Assembly: GCA_046484865.1 (NCBI GenBank)
Contig: JAWOID010000130.1
Coordinates: 1-31,422 of the forward strand
From: Candidatus Krumholzibacteriia bacterium
GTDB lineage: Bacteria > Krumholzibacteriota > Krumholzibacteriia > LZORAL124-64-63
Length of the DNA: 31,422 bases
Direction of reading: 5' to 3'
Position 1 is the first letter of the stretch, and each line of letters opens with the position of its first letter. The notes under the pieces were generated by a model, which was given only the letters and a program-made list of their open reading frames with translations, was not told the origin of the DNA and did no database searches. Position numbers and translations under genes: made by a program. This document shows positions 1 through 8,631 of this stretch, piece after piece.

Positions 1-299
1 TCCCCCCGGTTGTACTGGCGCCAGCGACCCTCCAATTCGATCTGCGTTGCGAACAGGCCCTTGGTCATCAGCTGGGAGAAGATCTCGGGCCAGTAAGCGG
101 CGGGGAACGTCCGTGAACTGAAGGTGACGTCGCAGTGGAGGCACCGGAACCTGCGGATACACCTGGGTTCGGCGAGGCGGAGATACGAGCCCATGCGGTT
201 GAATCGCCATTCTGGCTGCAAGGTGCTTTTGTACTTGCAGTTAGGTGGCGGGCAGTGGGGCGCCGTCCAGCGCGGATCTTCGAGTTCGTGGCTCTCCAT
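1..299 (-). mobile_element. Partial transposase-like ORF (IS1/InsA-type zinc ribbon), runs off the window edge; probably a remnant
   Basis: Not in the ORF track. My translation from ATG 299 is open to the edge: MESHELEDPRWTAPHCPPPNCKYKSTLQPEWRFNRMGSYLRLAEPRCIRRFRCLHCDVTFSSRTFPAAYWPEIFSQLMTKGLFATQIELEGRWRQYNRG. It has a CPxxxC...RFRCxxCxxTF zinc ribbon as in IS1-type transposase N-termini, and looks less GC-rich than its neighbours. Confidence 0.55.
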
Positions 300-467
300 G
301 CCACCCGGATTGCAGGACCGGGACCGGAAACATTCTTCGTGGAATAACTGGTGACCTGTGCGCGGCGCGCCCGTCAGCCGGGCCTCCCCCCGCCCAGGCC
401 GCGAGATCCTCCGGTTCGATGTACCGTGACAGCACGTGCTGGTCACGCCTGTCTCGGAGGTGGCGCC

Positions 468-1811
468 GTGCATCTGCAGCGCAAGCTCGGTCCCTTCGCG
501 CTGACGAGCATCGTGGTCGCGAACATGATCGGCGCCGGCATCTTCACCACGTCGGGCCTGCTGCTGCAGGAACTGGGCGACCCGGCGCTGATGCTCGTGC
601 TCTGGGCGGTGGGCGGCGCGGTGGCGCTCTGCGGGGCGCTGGCGTACGGCGAGCTGGGAGCCGCCATACCGCGCGCAGGCGGCGAGTACGCATTCCTGTC
701 GCGGCTCTACCATCCGCTGCTCGGCTTCCTCACCGGCTGGGTCTCGCTGTTCGCGGGCTTCTCCGCGCCCATCGCCGCCTCGGCGATCGGCTTCACCGCC
801 TACCTGACCCGCGCGTTCCCGGCGCTGCTCTCGCCGGGCTGGCTGCCGCCGGACCGGGAAGCGGCGCTGTTGCCCCGGATCTATGCCGTTGCGGTGATCG
901 CCGCCTTCACGCTGATCCACCGGCGCGGCCTCGACCTGAGCGCGCGGGTGCAGAACGGCCTCACGGCGCTGAAGGTGGCGCTCATCGTCGGACTGCTCGC
1001 GACGGGCTTCGCCCTGGGTGACGGCGACTTCGGCCACCTGGAGCAGGACCTCGCGTACCCGGCCGATCCGGCGGGGGCGAAGAGCGTCGGCCTGGCGCTC
1101 ATGTGGATCATGTTCTCCTACAGCGGCTGGAACGCCGCGGCCTATCTCGGTGGGGAGGCGCGCCGGCCCGAACGCAGCCTGCCCCGTTCCCTGCTTCTGG
1201 GCACCGCCCTGGTCACGGTGCTCTACCTGGGGCTCAACCTGCTGTACGTCTACGCCGTCGATCCGGCCGCGATGGCCGGGGTGATCCCGGTGGCGGCCCT
1301 GGCTGTCGATCGGCTCTTCGGTTCCGGCTGGGAGCGCTGGCTGTCGCTGCTGCTGTCGGCGGCGCTGTTCTCGTCGCTCAGCGCGTACATCATCCTCGGA
1401 CCGCGGGTCTACTACGCCATGGCGCAAGACGGTCTCTTCTTCCGCTTCGCGGCGCGCGTGCACCCGCGCTTCGGCGTGCCGTCGCGCGCGATCGTCCTGC
1501 AGGGTGTGCTCGCCTCGCTGATGGTCCTCGTCGGCACCTTCGACCAGATCCTCACCTACATGGGGTTCGCGCTGGGCATCTTTCCCGTGCTGGCGGTGAT
1601 CGGACTCCGCCGTCTGCGGCGGCGGCCGGGAGGCTCGCCGCGACTGCCCGGGCGCCGCTGGGCTCCGCCGGTCTACGTGATCGCGAGCATCACCGTGCTG
1701 GCGCTGGCCTTCCTGGAGCGACCGCTCGAATCGTCGATCGCGCTGGCGACGCTGGCCGCGGGCGTGCCGGTCTACGGTTACTTCCGGAGCCGCAGTCGCG
1801 GTCATTCGTGA
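468..1811 (+). CDS. APC-family amino acid permease
   Basis: LQRKLG...ANMIGAGIF, YGELGAAIPRAGGEY, FSYSGWNAAAYLGGE and PRVYYAMAQDG motifs; about 12 hydrophobic segments; GTG 468 preceded by GGAGG. Confidence 0.93.
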   Translation: MHLQRKLGPFALTSIVVANMIGAGIFTTSGLLLQELGDPALMLVLWAVGGAVALCGALAYGELGAAIPRAGGEYAFLSRLYHPLLGFLTGWVSLFAGFSAPIAASAIGFTAYLTRAFPALLSPGWLPPDREAALLPRIYAVAVIAAFTLIHRRGLDLSARVQNGLTALKVALIVGLLATGFALGDGDFGHLEQDLAYPADPAGAKSVGLALMWIMFSYSGWNAAAYLGGEARRPERSLPRSLLLGTALVTVLYLGLNLLYVYAVDPAAMAGVIPVAALAVDRLFGSGWERWLSLLLSAALFSSLSAYIILGPRVYYAMAQDGLFFRFAARVHPRFGVPSRAIVLQGVLASLMVLVGTFDQILTYMGFALGIFPVLAVIGLRRLRRRPGGSPRLPGRRWAPPVYVIASITVLALAFLERPLESSIALATLAAGVPVYGYFRSRSRGHS

Positions 1812-1824
1812 TCGCGATCGCGAC

Positions 1825-1851
1825 CCCCGGATCCGGCATCCCGGATCGGGG
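1825..1851 (+). terminator. GC-rich hairpin downstream of the permease (possible terminator)
   Basis: cccc-g-gatccgg-catc-ccggatc-gggg; no convincing U-tract. Confidence 0.3.
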
Positions 1852-1952
1852 ATTACCCGATGGGCCAGTGGCCCTGTCCTTGATAGGTTCGTGGGTCAGT
1901 GAGCCGCGCCCGCTGCGGCCACACCACTGGTTTCGCTCGCTCCGGCAAGAGG

Positions 1953-4469
1953 ATGACATTCATGCCGCGAGACCTCCCGTGGCCGGATGCGGGCGGCGAC
2001 ATGGCCGCACGGATCCGCGTCCACGACTGGTCGCAGACATCCCTGGGATCGCTCGACGGCTGGCCGCCGGAACTCAGGACGGCGGTGGACGTCGTGGTGC
2101 GCGCCCGCACCGGGATGGCCGTCGGCTGGGGCCCGGACCTGATCCTTATCTACAACGACGCCTGCCGCGACCTGATCGCGGGCGAGCATCCGCTGGCGCT
2201 GGGGCGGCCGGCGCGCGAGGTCTTCCACGAGAGCCGGACGACGTTCGCGCCGCTGTTCGCCGACGTCATGAGCAGCGGGTCGAGCGCCGAGGTCCGCGGC
2301 CACCGGGTGCCGGCGGACGCAGGCGGCCAGGCTGACGACCGGTGGTTCGACATCGACCTCGCCCCCATCGTCCGCGCGGACGGCTCGGTGGGAGGCGTCC
2401 TCCTCGTCGCCACCGCGACGATCGAGCCGGCTGCGCACGACGCAACCGGACCCGCCGGCCGGGATCGCGAGCATACCGAAGCCGAGCTGCGGCGGAGCGA
2501 TCAGCGCTATCGAACCGTCTTCGAGGCCATCGACGAGGGATTCTGCGTGCTCGAGGTTCTCTTCGACGAGTCCGGGCGCGGGATCGATTACCGCTTCCTC
2601 GAGACGAATCCCGCCTTCGAGCAGCACACGGGCCTCGTCGGCGCCGTGGGCAGGACCATACGCGACCTGGTACCGGACATGGAACCACGCTGGCCGCAGA
2701 TGTACGGCCGCGTCGCCCTCACCGGCCGACCGGAACGATGCATCGAACACTCCGAGGCCATGGGCCGGTGGTTCGAGGTGGGCGCATTCCGGATCGGGCG
2801 GCCGGAAGACCGGCAGGTGGCGGTGCTGTTCACCGACGTCACCGCGCGCAGGCAGGCCGAGAATGCGCTCCAGGAGACCGAACGGAAGTACCAGGAACTC
2901 GTCCGGCGCGCGCCGGCGGCCATCTACGAGATCGACTTCCGCCAGCGACGATTCACCTCGGTCAACGAGGCCATGTGCCGGATGACCGGTTATGACCCGG
3001 AGGAACTGCTGCGCATCGATCCGCTCGACCTCACGGACGATGCGGGTCGCGCGCGTTTCCGCGCGCGGATCGCCAGCTGGCTCTCGGGTGAGCCGCCCGA
3101 CCCGAACACCACGTATGCGATCGCGACGAAGGACGGCCGGATCATCGACGTATCTCTGGACGTGACGTTCGCCGTCGATGCGGAGGGCCGGCCGCTCGGC
3201 GCGACGGTGGTCGCGCACGACATCACCATGCTCAAGCGCACCCAGCGGCAGCTCGAGCAGGCCAAGCGGGAGGCGGAGGAGCTGGCGGAGTCGCTCGAGC
3301 AGCGCGTGTCCGAACGCACGACGGTCGCCGAGCGGCGCGCTGAGCAGCTCCAGATCCTCACTCTCCAGCTCGCCGAGGCCGAGGAGCGTGAGCGGCACCG
3401 GATCGCCGACCTCCTGCACGACGATCTCCAGCAGCTGCTCACGGCCTCCCGCTTCCACCTGTCGGTGCTGCGGCCGCTCGTGCACGGTCATCACACCGGC
3501 GAACGGATGCTCGAGCAGGCCGATGCGCTCCTCCAGCGGTCGATCGCGAGATCGCGCGAGCTCTCGCACGAGCTGAGTCCCGCGATCCTGCACCACTCGG
3601 GGCTGGTCGCCGCCGTGCAGTGGCTGGCCCGGGAGATGCGGAAGCGGCAGGGGCTACGGGTCACCGTCGAGACCCGCAACTGGGTGCCGCTGGGCAGCGA
3701 CGCCGTGCAGGTGTTCCTGTTCCGCGCCGTCCAGGAGATGCTGTTCAACGTCGTGAAACACGCCGGTGTGAAGAGCGCCATCGTGCAGCTGGACGGATCC
3801 CTGGGCCGGATCCTCGTCCGCGTGCAGGACGCCGGTCGCGGCTTCGACCTGGCCGAACTGGATCGGCCCGGCCACCGCGGCATGGGGTTCGGTTTGTTCA
3901 GCCTCCGGGAACGGGTCAGCTACATGGGGGGAAGCCTGGAGGTGGAGACCGCGCCGGAGCGCGGAGCGCGCCTGACGATCGTGCTGCCCATCGGCGTCGG
4001 CGGGCTCCCGCTGGAGCATGTACCGCAGGAGCTGCCCCCGGCACCGGTCGGCCTGCCGGCCGGCGATCACGAGAGGTCCGCCGGCGGCGCCCACCGGATC
4101 CTGATCGCCGACGACCACCAGGTGCTGCGGCACGGGCTGGTGGCGCTGCTGGAGGAGGAGCCCGACATGGTCGTGGCCGGCGAGGCCGCCAATGGGCGCG
4201 AGGCGATCGATCTCGCCCACAAGCTCCGTCCCGACGTGATCCTCATGGACGTGATGATGCCGGTGATGGACGGCATCGAGGCCACCCGGCGCATCACGGC
4301 CGAGTTGCCCCGGGTGCGGGTGATCGGGCTGTCGATGCTCGAGGACGAGGAGATCGCCGATCAGCTCCTGCACGCCGGCGCCGCTGCCTATCTCAGCAAG
4401 ACGGCCGATTCCGAGGATCTGATCGCGGCCATCCGCGACGTCCCGCACCAGGAGGAGTCGGGCGGTTGA
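1953..4469 (+). CDS. Multi-PAS hybrid sensor histidine kinase (HisKA_3/NarX-type) with C-terminal receiver
   Basis: HDWSQTSLG...WP N-terminus; PAS repeats (NPAFEQHTG, VNEAMCRMTGY); H-box ERERHRIADLLHDDLQQ; QEMLFNVVKHA, DAGRGF, GFGLFSLRER; receiver ILIADDH...DVILMDVMMP...YLSK. Start could be 1953 or 1962. Confidence 0.9.
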   Translation: MTFMPRDLPWPDAGGDMAARIRVHDWSQTSLGSLDGWPPELRTAVDVVVRARTGMAVGWGPDLILIYNDACRDLIAGEHPLALGRPAREVFHESRTTFAPLFADVMSSGSSAEVRGHRVPADAGGQADDRWFDIDLAPIVRADGSVGGVLLVATATIEPAAHDATGPAGRDREHTEAELRRSDQRYRTVFEAIDEGFCVLEVLFDESGRGIDYRFLETNPAFEQHTGLVGAVGRTIRDLVPDMEPRWPQMYGRVALTGRPERCIEHSEAMGRWFEVGAFRIGRPEDRQVAVLFTDVTARRQAENALQETERKYQELVRRAPAAIYEIDFRQRRFTSVNEAMCRMTGYDPEELLRIDPLDLTDDAGRARFRARIASWLSGEPPDPNTTYAIATKDGRIIDVSLDVTFAVDAEGRPLGATVVAHDITMLKRTQRQLEQAKREAEELAESLEQRVSERTTVAERRAEQLQILTLQLAEAEERERHRIADLLHDDLQQLLTASRFHLSVLRPLVHGHHTGERMLEQADALLQRSIARSRELSHELSPAILHHSGLVAAVQWLAREMRKRQGLRVTVETRNWVPLGSDAVQVFLFRAVQEMLFNVVKHAGVKSAIVQLDGSLGRILVRVQDAGRGFDLAELDRPGHRGMGFGLFSLRERVSYMGGSLEVETAPERGARLTIVLPIGVGGLPLEHVPQELPPAPVGLPAGDHERSAGGAHRILIADDHQVLRHGLVALLEEEPDMVVAGEAANGREAIDLAHKLRPDVILMDVMMPVMDGIEATRRITAELPRVRVIGLSMLEDEEIADQLLHAGAAAYLSKTADSEDLIAAIRDVPHQEESGG

Positions 4470-4517
4470 GACCGCCGCCCGTGCACCTGTGCAGGCCCGG
4501 ACGGCCGGGCGCGGGGT

Positions 4518-5441
4518 TCACGAGCGCACGAGCCGGCAACCCAGGGCGATGGACAGGAACTTGGACTCCTCGCTGTCCGCCCGCGACGTCAGCACGCAGG
4601 GTGCGGTGGTCCCCACCACGGCCGCGGCCAGCCGCAGGTTCCCCAGCAGCGTGGAAGCCTTGTAGAAGACGTTGCCGGTCTCGATACCGGGGAAGACGAG
4701 GATGTCGGCCGCGCCGCCCACCGGCGTCACGAGGCCCTTGATCGCGCAGGCCTCCGGCGAGAGCGCCCCATCCAGCGCCAGCGGCCCATCCACCACCACG
4801 CCCTTGATCTGCCCGCGCGCCCCCATCTGGGTGATGAGGGCCGCGTCCACACAGGCGCGCATCTTGACGTTCACCTTCTCGGTGGCCGCGATGAGCGCTG
4901 CGCGCGGCGTCTCGATGCCGAACGAGTGCGCGGCCTCCACGCAGTAGGAGAGGATCTGCAGCTTGGCCGCCAGGTCGGGCTCGGGGATGATGGCCACGTC
5001 ACTGACGAAGAGCAGCCTGCGCTCGCGCTGCATGTGCGCCGGCAGTTCCAGGACGGTCAGGTGCGACAGCACGGCCCCGGGCGGCAGCAGGCCCGTCTCC
5101 TTGTTCAGGATCTGCTTCATGTACTTGTCGGTGCCTATGAGCCCCTTCATCAAGACGTCGGCCTCGCCGCCGCGCACCATCTTCACCGCGCGAGCGCCCG
5201 CGGCCTCCTCGTCGTCGATGTCGATCACCTCGAAGACGCCCGGGTCCAGGCCCTTCTCGCCACAGAGCCGATCGATCCGCGCCCGGTCCCCCACCAGGGT
5301 GACGTCCGCGATCCCCTCGCCGGCCGCCCGCGCGGCTGCCTCGATGGTGTTCGGATCGTGACCGGCCGCCACCGCCACCCGCCGCGAAGGGCTACCGCGC
5401 AGCTCGCTCACCAGCTGATCCAGGCTCCTGATCTCCGCCAT
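4518..5441 (-). CDS. ptb: Phosphate butyryl/acyltransferase
   Basis: DVLMKGLIGT, SDVAIIPEPD, AATEKVN, DGPLALDGAL, PGIETGNVFYK and intact LTSRADS; lies directly downstream of the butyrate kinase gene. Confidence 0.88.
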   Translation of the reverse strand: MAEIRSLDQLVSELRGSPSRRVAVAAGHDPNTIEAAARAAGEGIADVTLVGDRARIDRLCGEKGLDPGVFEVIDIDDEEAAGARAVKMVRGGEADVLMKGLIGTDKYMKQILNKETGLLPPGAVLSHLTVLELPAHMQRERRLLFVSDVAIIPEPDLAAKLQILSYCVEAAHSFGIETPRAALIAATEKVNVKMRACVDAALITQMGARGQIKGVVVDGPLALDGALSPEACAIKGLVTPVGGAADILVFPGIETGNVFYKASTLLGNLRLAAAVVGTTAPCVLTSRADSEESKFLSIALGCRLVRS

Positions 5442-5473
5442 CGCTCGCGCTCCCGTTCTGAGGACTCGACCCA

Positions 5474-5579
5474 CCGGCGCCCCCGGCTCATCGGCCGGCA
5501 CCCCGGTTCATTCGGCCGGCGCCCCGGCTCATCGGCCCGCGCCCCCGGCTCATTCGGCCGGCGCCCCCGGCTCATTCGG
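5474..5579. repeat. Five tandem imperfect 20-22 bp repeats (ccggcgcccccggctcattcgg)
   Basis: Units at 5474-5494, 5495-5515, 5516-5535, 5536-5557 and 5558-5579; the last overlaps the stop codon of the upstream buk fusion gene. Confidence 0.92.
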
Positions 5580-7785
5580 CCGGGGCGTACTCCCGGACCG
5601 GCTCCTTGCCGTCGAGCACCCGGAGGGCGCCCTTCACCAGGGCGTACATCTCGTTCTCCCCCGCATACACCGTCACCCCGCAACCCAGCGCACCCACTCC
5701 CCTGGTGATTCCGTCGACGAGCAGTTCGCTCCGCGCGAGGCCGCCCGTGAGCAGCACCCGGTCCACCGGCTCCCCGTCGAAGGCCGGCACCAGCGCGGTG
5801 ATGTTCTTGGCGATCTGGTAGACCATGGCCTCGAACACCTCCGCCGCCTCCGGATCGCCGTCCTGCACGCGGCGCTCCACCTCGCGGAAGTCCGCCGTGC
5901 CGAGCAGGTCGACGAGGCCGCCGCGACCCTTGTTCTTCACCAGCAGTTCGTCCCTGGTGTACCGGCCCGAGAAGCAGAGCCGGATCAGATCGCCGGTGGG
6001 CAGCGAGCCCGAGCGCTGCGGCGAGAACGTACCCTCGCCGTCGAGGCCGTTGTTCACGTCGATGTAGCGGCCTTTGTGGTGCGCGCCCACCGTGATGCCG
6101 CCGCCCATGTGGGCCACGATCAGGTTCAGATACTCGTAGAAGGTCTCGTTCTCCTCGGCGTACCGGCGGGCGGTGGCGATCTGGTTCAGCGCGTGACTGA
6201 TCACCCGGCGGCGAAGGTCGGCGAAGCCCGTCACCTTCACCCGCGCGGGAACCTCGTCCACGACCACCGGGTCCACGATCCAGGCCGGCGTCTCCGTGCC
6301 CGCCACCATCTCGTGAGCGATCAGGGCGCCGAGGTTGGAGGCGTGGTCGCCCCCCACGCCCCCGAGCAGGTGCTCTCGCATGCGGGCGTTCACGGCGTAG
6401 GTGCCATGGCCGATGGGTCGCAAGAGGCCGCCGCGTGCGCTGATGCCGTCGAGATCATCCAGCTCGAGGCCGTGGTCGGCCAGCACCCTGCGGATGACCT
6501 CCTGCCGCATGCCGTACTGGCGCACGATCGGCTGCCCCTCGAAGGCCGCCAGCTGCTCCGTCGAATGCGGGATCTCCTCGCTGAACCGCTCCTCCTCGCC
6601 CTCGTACACCGCGATCTTCGTGGAGGTGGAGCCCGGATTGATCGCCAGGATGCGGTGGCGCGGGAAGAACGTGTCCTTGGGCGTGCGGGTCCAGTGGCCG
6701 AACCGTTGCAGCCGCAGCAGCGACGCCTTGATGGCCAGCTCCGCGTCCCCGGCGTTGCAGTCCATGGGCAGGTCCACGCCCTGGAAGCGGATGCCGAACA
6801 TGGCGCTGAACTTCTTGGCCTGCGGGAAGCGCGTGGCGTAGAGGTGGAAGAGCAGGTTGCCGGTGTCCAGGTTGGGCGCGATGATCACGTTCGTGCCGCC
6901 GATGAACGTGTTCTCCTGCCCCCTGCGGTAGAGCGCGGCGGCTCGCCTGGAGAGCGCGACCGAGATCTTCACCTCGCCCTCGATGCGGATGGACGCGTAG
7001 CGGCGGCCGCGGCGGACCCTCTCGGCGAGGATGCCGGGCACCAGATCGGTGGCCTGCCGCACCATCTCGGCCGACGGTCCTTCGTCCGACCCCTTGTTGG
7101 AGTAGCTGACGATGGCGCCGTTGATGACCGGCAGGATGTCCTCGGGGAAGATGTCGCGAGCCACCGCGCAGGTGCCGACCGCCACGTGGGCCAGGGTCTC
7201 GGGCGTCATGGCGGCGTTCACGCCCACGTCGCCCACCACCATGATGTTGTGCGGGAAGATGTCGCTGGGGTGTTCCTCCGGCAGCACGAACACACCTGCC
7301 TCGCAGAGCACCTCCTGCTTCGCCAGCAGCCGGCACATGGGCCGGAAGAAGTCGCGTGGTTCGTGCAGGATGCCGCCCACCACCATGTCGGCATGGCCCT
7401 GCCGCACCGCCATGACGCCGAAGCGCGCCGGCTGGGTCATCAGTCGCCGGGCGGCGTCCAGGTCACGGGTCGTCGAGATGCTCTCGGGCAGCTCGGTGCA
7501 CGCCTGCGCGAACTCCTCCAGGAGATCGGTCCGCTCCTCCGGGTCGACGAACCCGGCCTCGGAGAGGGTGAACTCGATCCGGCTGGGGTCGACGTGTCGT
7601 AGTTCGCTGGTGATCACGGCCTTCACGTCTTCCTCGGGAGCGAGGAAGACGGGGTGGGCGAAGCGTGGCAGATGGCAGGCCGCCTCGATCACGCGAGCAT
7701 CGAGAGCCTCGCTCAGCAGCACCGTGGGACGGTTGGTCTGGACCGCGATGATCTGCCGGTCCAGGGCCCCGTGGATATCGTACAT
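5572..7785 (-). CDS. buk: Fusion protein: N-terminal phosphotransacetylase-like domain (degenerate catalytic motif) plus C-terminal butyrate kinase
   Basis: aa ~1-360 are Pta-like (LSEALDARVIEAA, GHADMVVGG, GDVGVN, VSYSNKGS, IEGEV, NVIIAPNLDTGN). aa ~377-737 are Buk (ILAINPGSTSTK, ARGGLLRP, HASNLG, IVDPVVVDE, HALNQ, HMGGGITVG, LTGGLA, GENEM). One continuous frame. Confidence 0.9.
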   Translation of the reverse strand: MYDIHGALDRQIIAVQTNRPTVLLSEALDARVIEAACHLPRFAHPVFLAPEEDVKAVITSELRHVDPSRIEFTLSEAGFVDPEERTDLLEEFAQACTELPESISTTRDLDAARRLMTQPARFGVMAVRQGHADMVVGGILHEPRDFFRPMCRLLAKQEVLCEAGVFVLPEEHPSDIFPHNIMVVGDVGVNAAMTPETLAHVAVGTCAVARDIFPEDILPVINGAIVSYSNKGSDEGPSAEMVRQATDLVPGILAERVRRGRRYASIRIEGEVKISVALSRRAAALYRRGQENTFIGGTNVIIAPNLDTGNLLFHLYATRFPQAKKFSAMFGIRFQGVDLPMDCNAGDAELAIKASLLRLQRFGHWTRTPKDTFFPRHRILAINPGSTSTKIAVYEGEEERFSEEIPHSTEQLAAFEGQPIVRQYGMRQEVIRRVLADHGLELDDLDGISARGGLLRPIGHGTYAVNARMREHLLGGVGGDHASNLGALIAHEMVAGTETPAWIVDPVVVDEVPARVKVTGFADLRRRVISHALNQIATARRYAEENETFYEYLNLIVAHMGGGITVGAHHKGRYIDVNNGLDGEGTFSPQRSGSLPTGDLIRLCFSGRYTRDELLVKNKGRGGLVDLLGTADFREVERRVQDGDPEAAEVFEAMVYQIAKNITALVPAFDGEPVDRVLLTGGLARSELLVDGITRGVGALGCGVTVYAGENEMYALVKGALRVLDGKEPVREYAPAE

Positions 7786-8046
7786 GTCGGCGGAACCTCC
7801 GGAACTCCCCCCGGCCGGGACCGCCGCCGTCTCACCGCCACCCGCGGTGGGGCGATAACATTAATCATTGCAGACGAATGCGGCCCGGACGTTAATTCTC
7901 TAACCGGGCTCAAGGTGGTCACCGTGGGCGGGTAAGGCAAGTGAGATCGCCGGGTCGGCGGCGCACCGGTCGTTGCATGGCGACCGCCCCGATCGATACA
8001 TTGGCTGCAGGAGCGGGGGCCGGCGAGCCCCGCGGAAGGAACGTGC

Positions 8047-8589
8047 ATGCCTGGGCGGAACCACATCCTCGAGCGGGCTCGCGAACGGCTGCTGTCGGTG
8101 CTCGCTCACGAACCGCCGCGCTGGTTCGTGGTCGACGTGGTCAGCCAGGAGTTGCTCCTGGTGTCCCGAGACACGGTGGCCGACCGCTGGCGGGTATCGA
8201 CGGCCGCCGCCGGGCTGGACGCCCGCGAGGGATCGGGCGGCACCCCGCCGGGCGTGCACCGCATCAGCCGCAAGATCGGTGCCGACCAGCCCGTCGGCGC
8301 CGTCTTCGCCAGCCGGGAGCCCACCGGCGACACCTGGCACGCCGGCAGCCCGTCGGCGGAGGGACTCGATCTGATCGTCTCGCGGATCCTCACCCTCGAG
8401 GGACTCGAAGACGGCGTGAACCGGGGTAGCGGGGTCGACTCCGAGTCTCGGTACATCTACCTGCACGGCACCAACCACGAGTCCGAGCTGGGGCGGCCGG
8501 TCTCCCACGGCTGCATCCGGCTGGGGAGTCGCGACGTCCTCGAGGTATTCGACGCCGCCGTCGTTGGAGACCCGCTGGTGATCCTCTGA
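8047..8589 (+). CDS. L,D-transpeptidase family protein (YkuD)
   Basis: TPPGVH; IYLHGT...SHGCIRL catalytic motif; VGDPLVI C-terminus. Confidence 0.9.
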   Translation: MPGRNHILERARERLLSVLAHEPPRWFVVDVVSQELLLVSRDTVADRWRVSTAAAGLDAREGSGGTPPGVHRISRKIGADQPVGAVFASREPTGDTWHAGSPSAEGLDLIVSRILTLEGLEDGVNRGSGVDSESRYIYLHGTNHESELGRPVSHGCIRLGSRDVLEVFDAAVVGDPLVIL

Positions 8590-8631
8590 CGGCTCCGCCC
8601 CCACCATCCAGCCGCAGGAATCGGCGTCCGC

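Noticed and set aside
299..314. TGCCAC-N5-TTGCA as a sigma54 promoter for the permease
   Set aside because: The invariant -24 GG is GC here.
5474..5579. Tandem repeats as a CRISPR array
   Set aside because: Units are contiguous with no unique spacers, and no cas genes are present.
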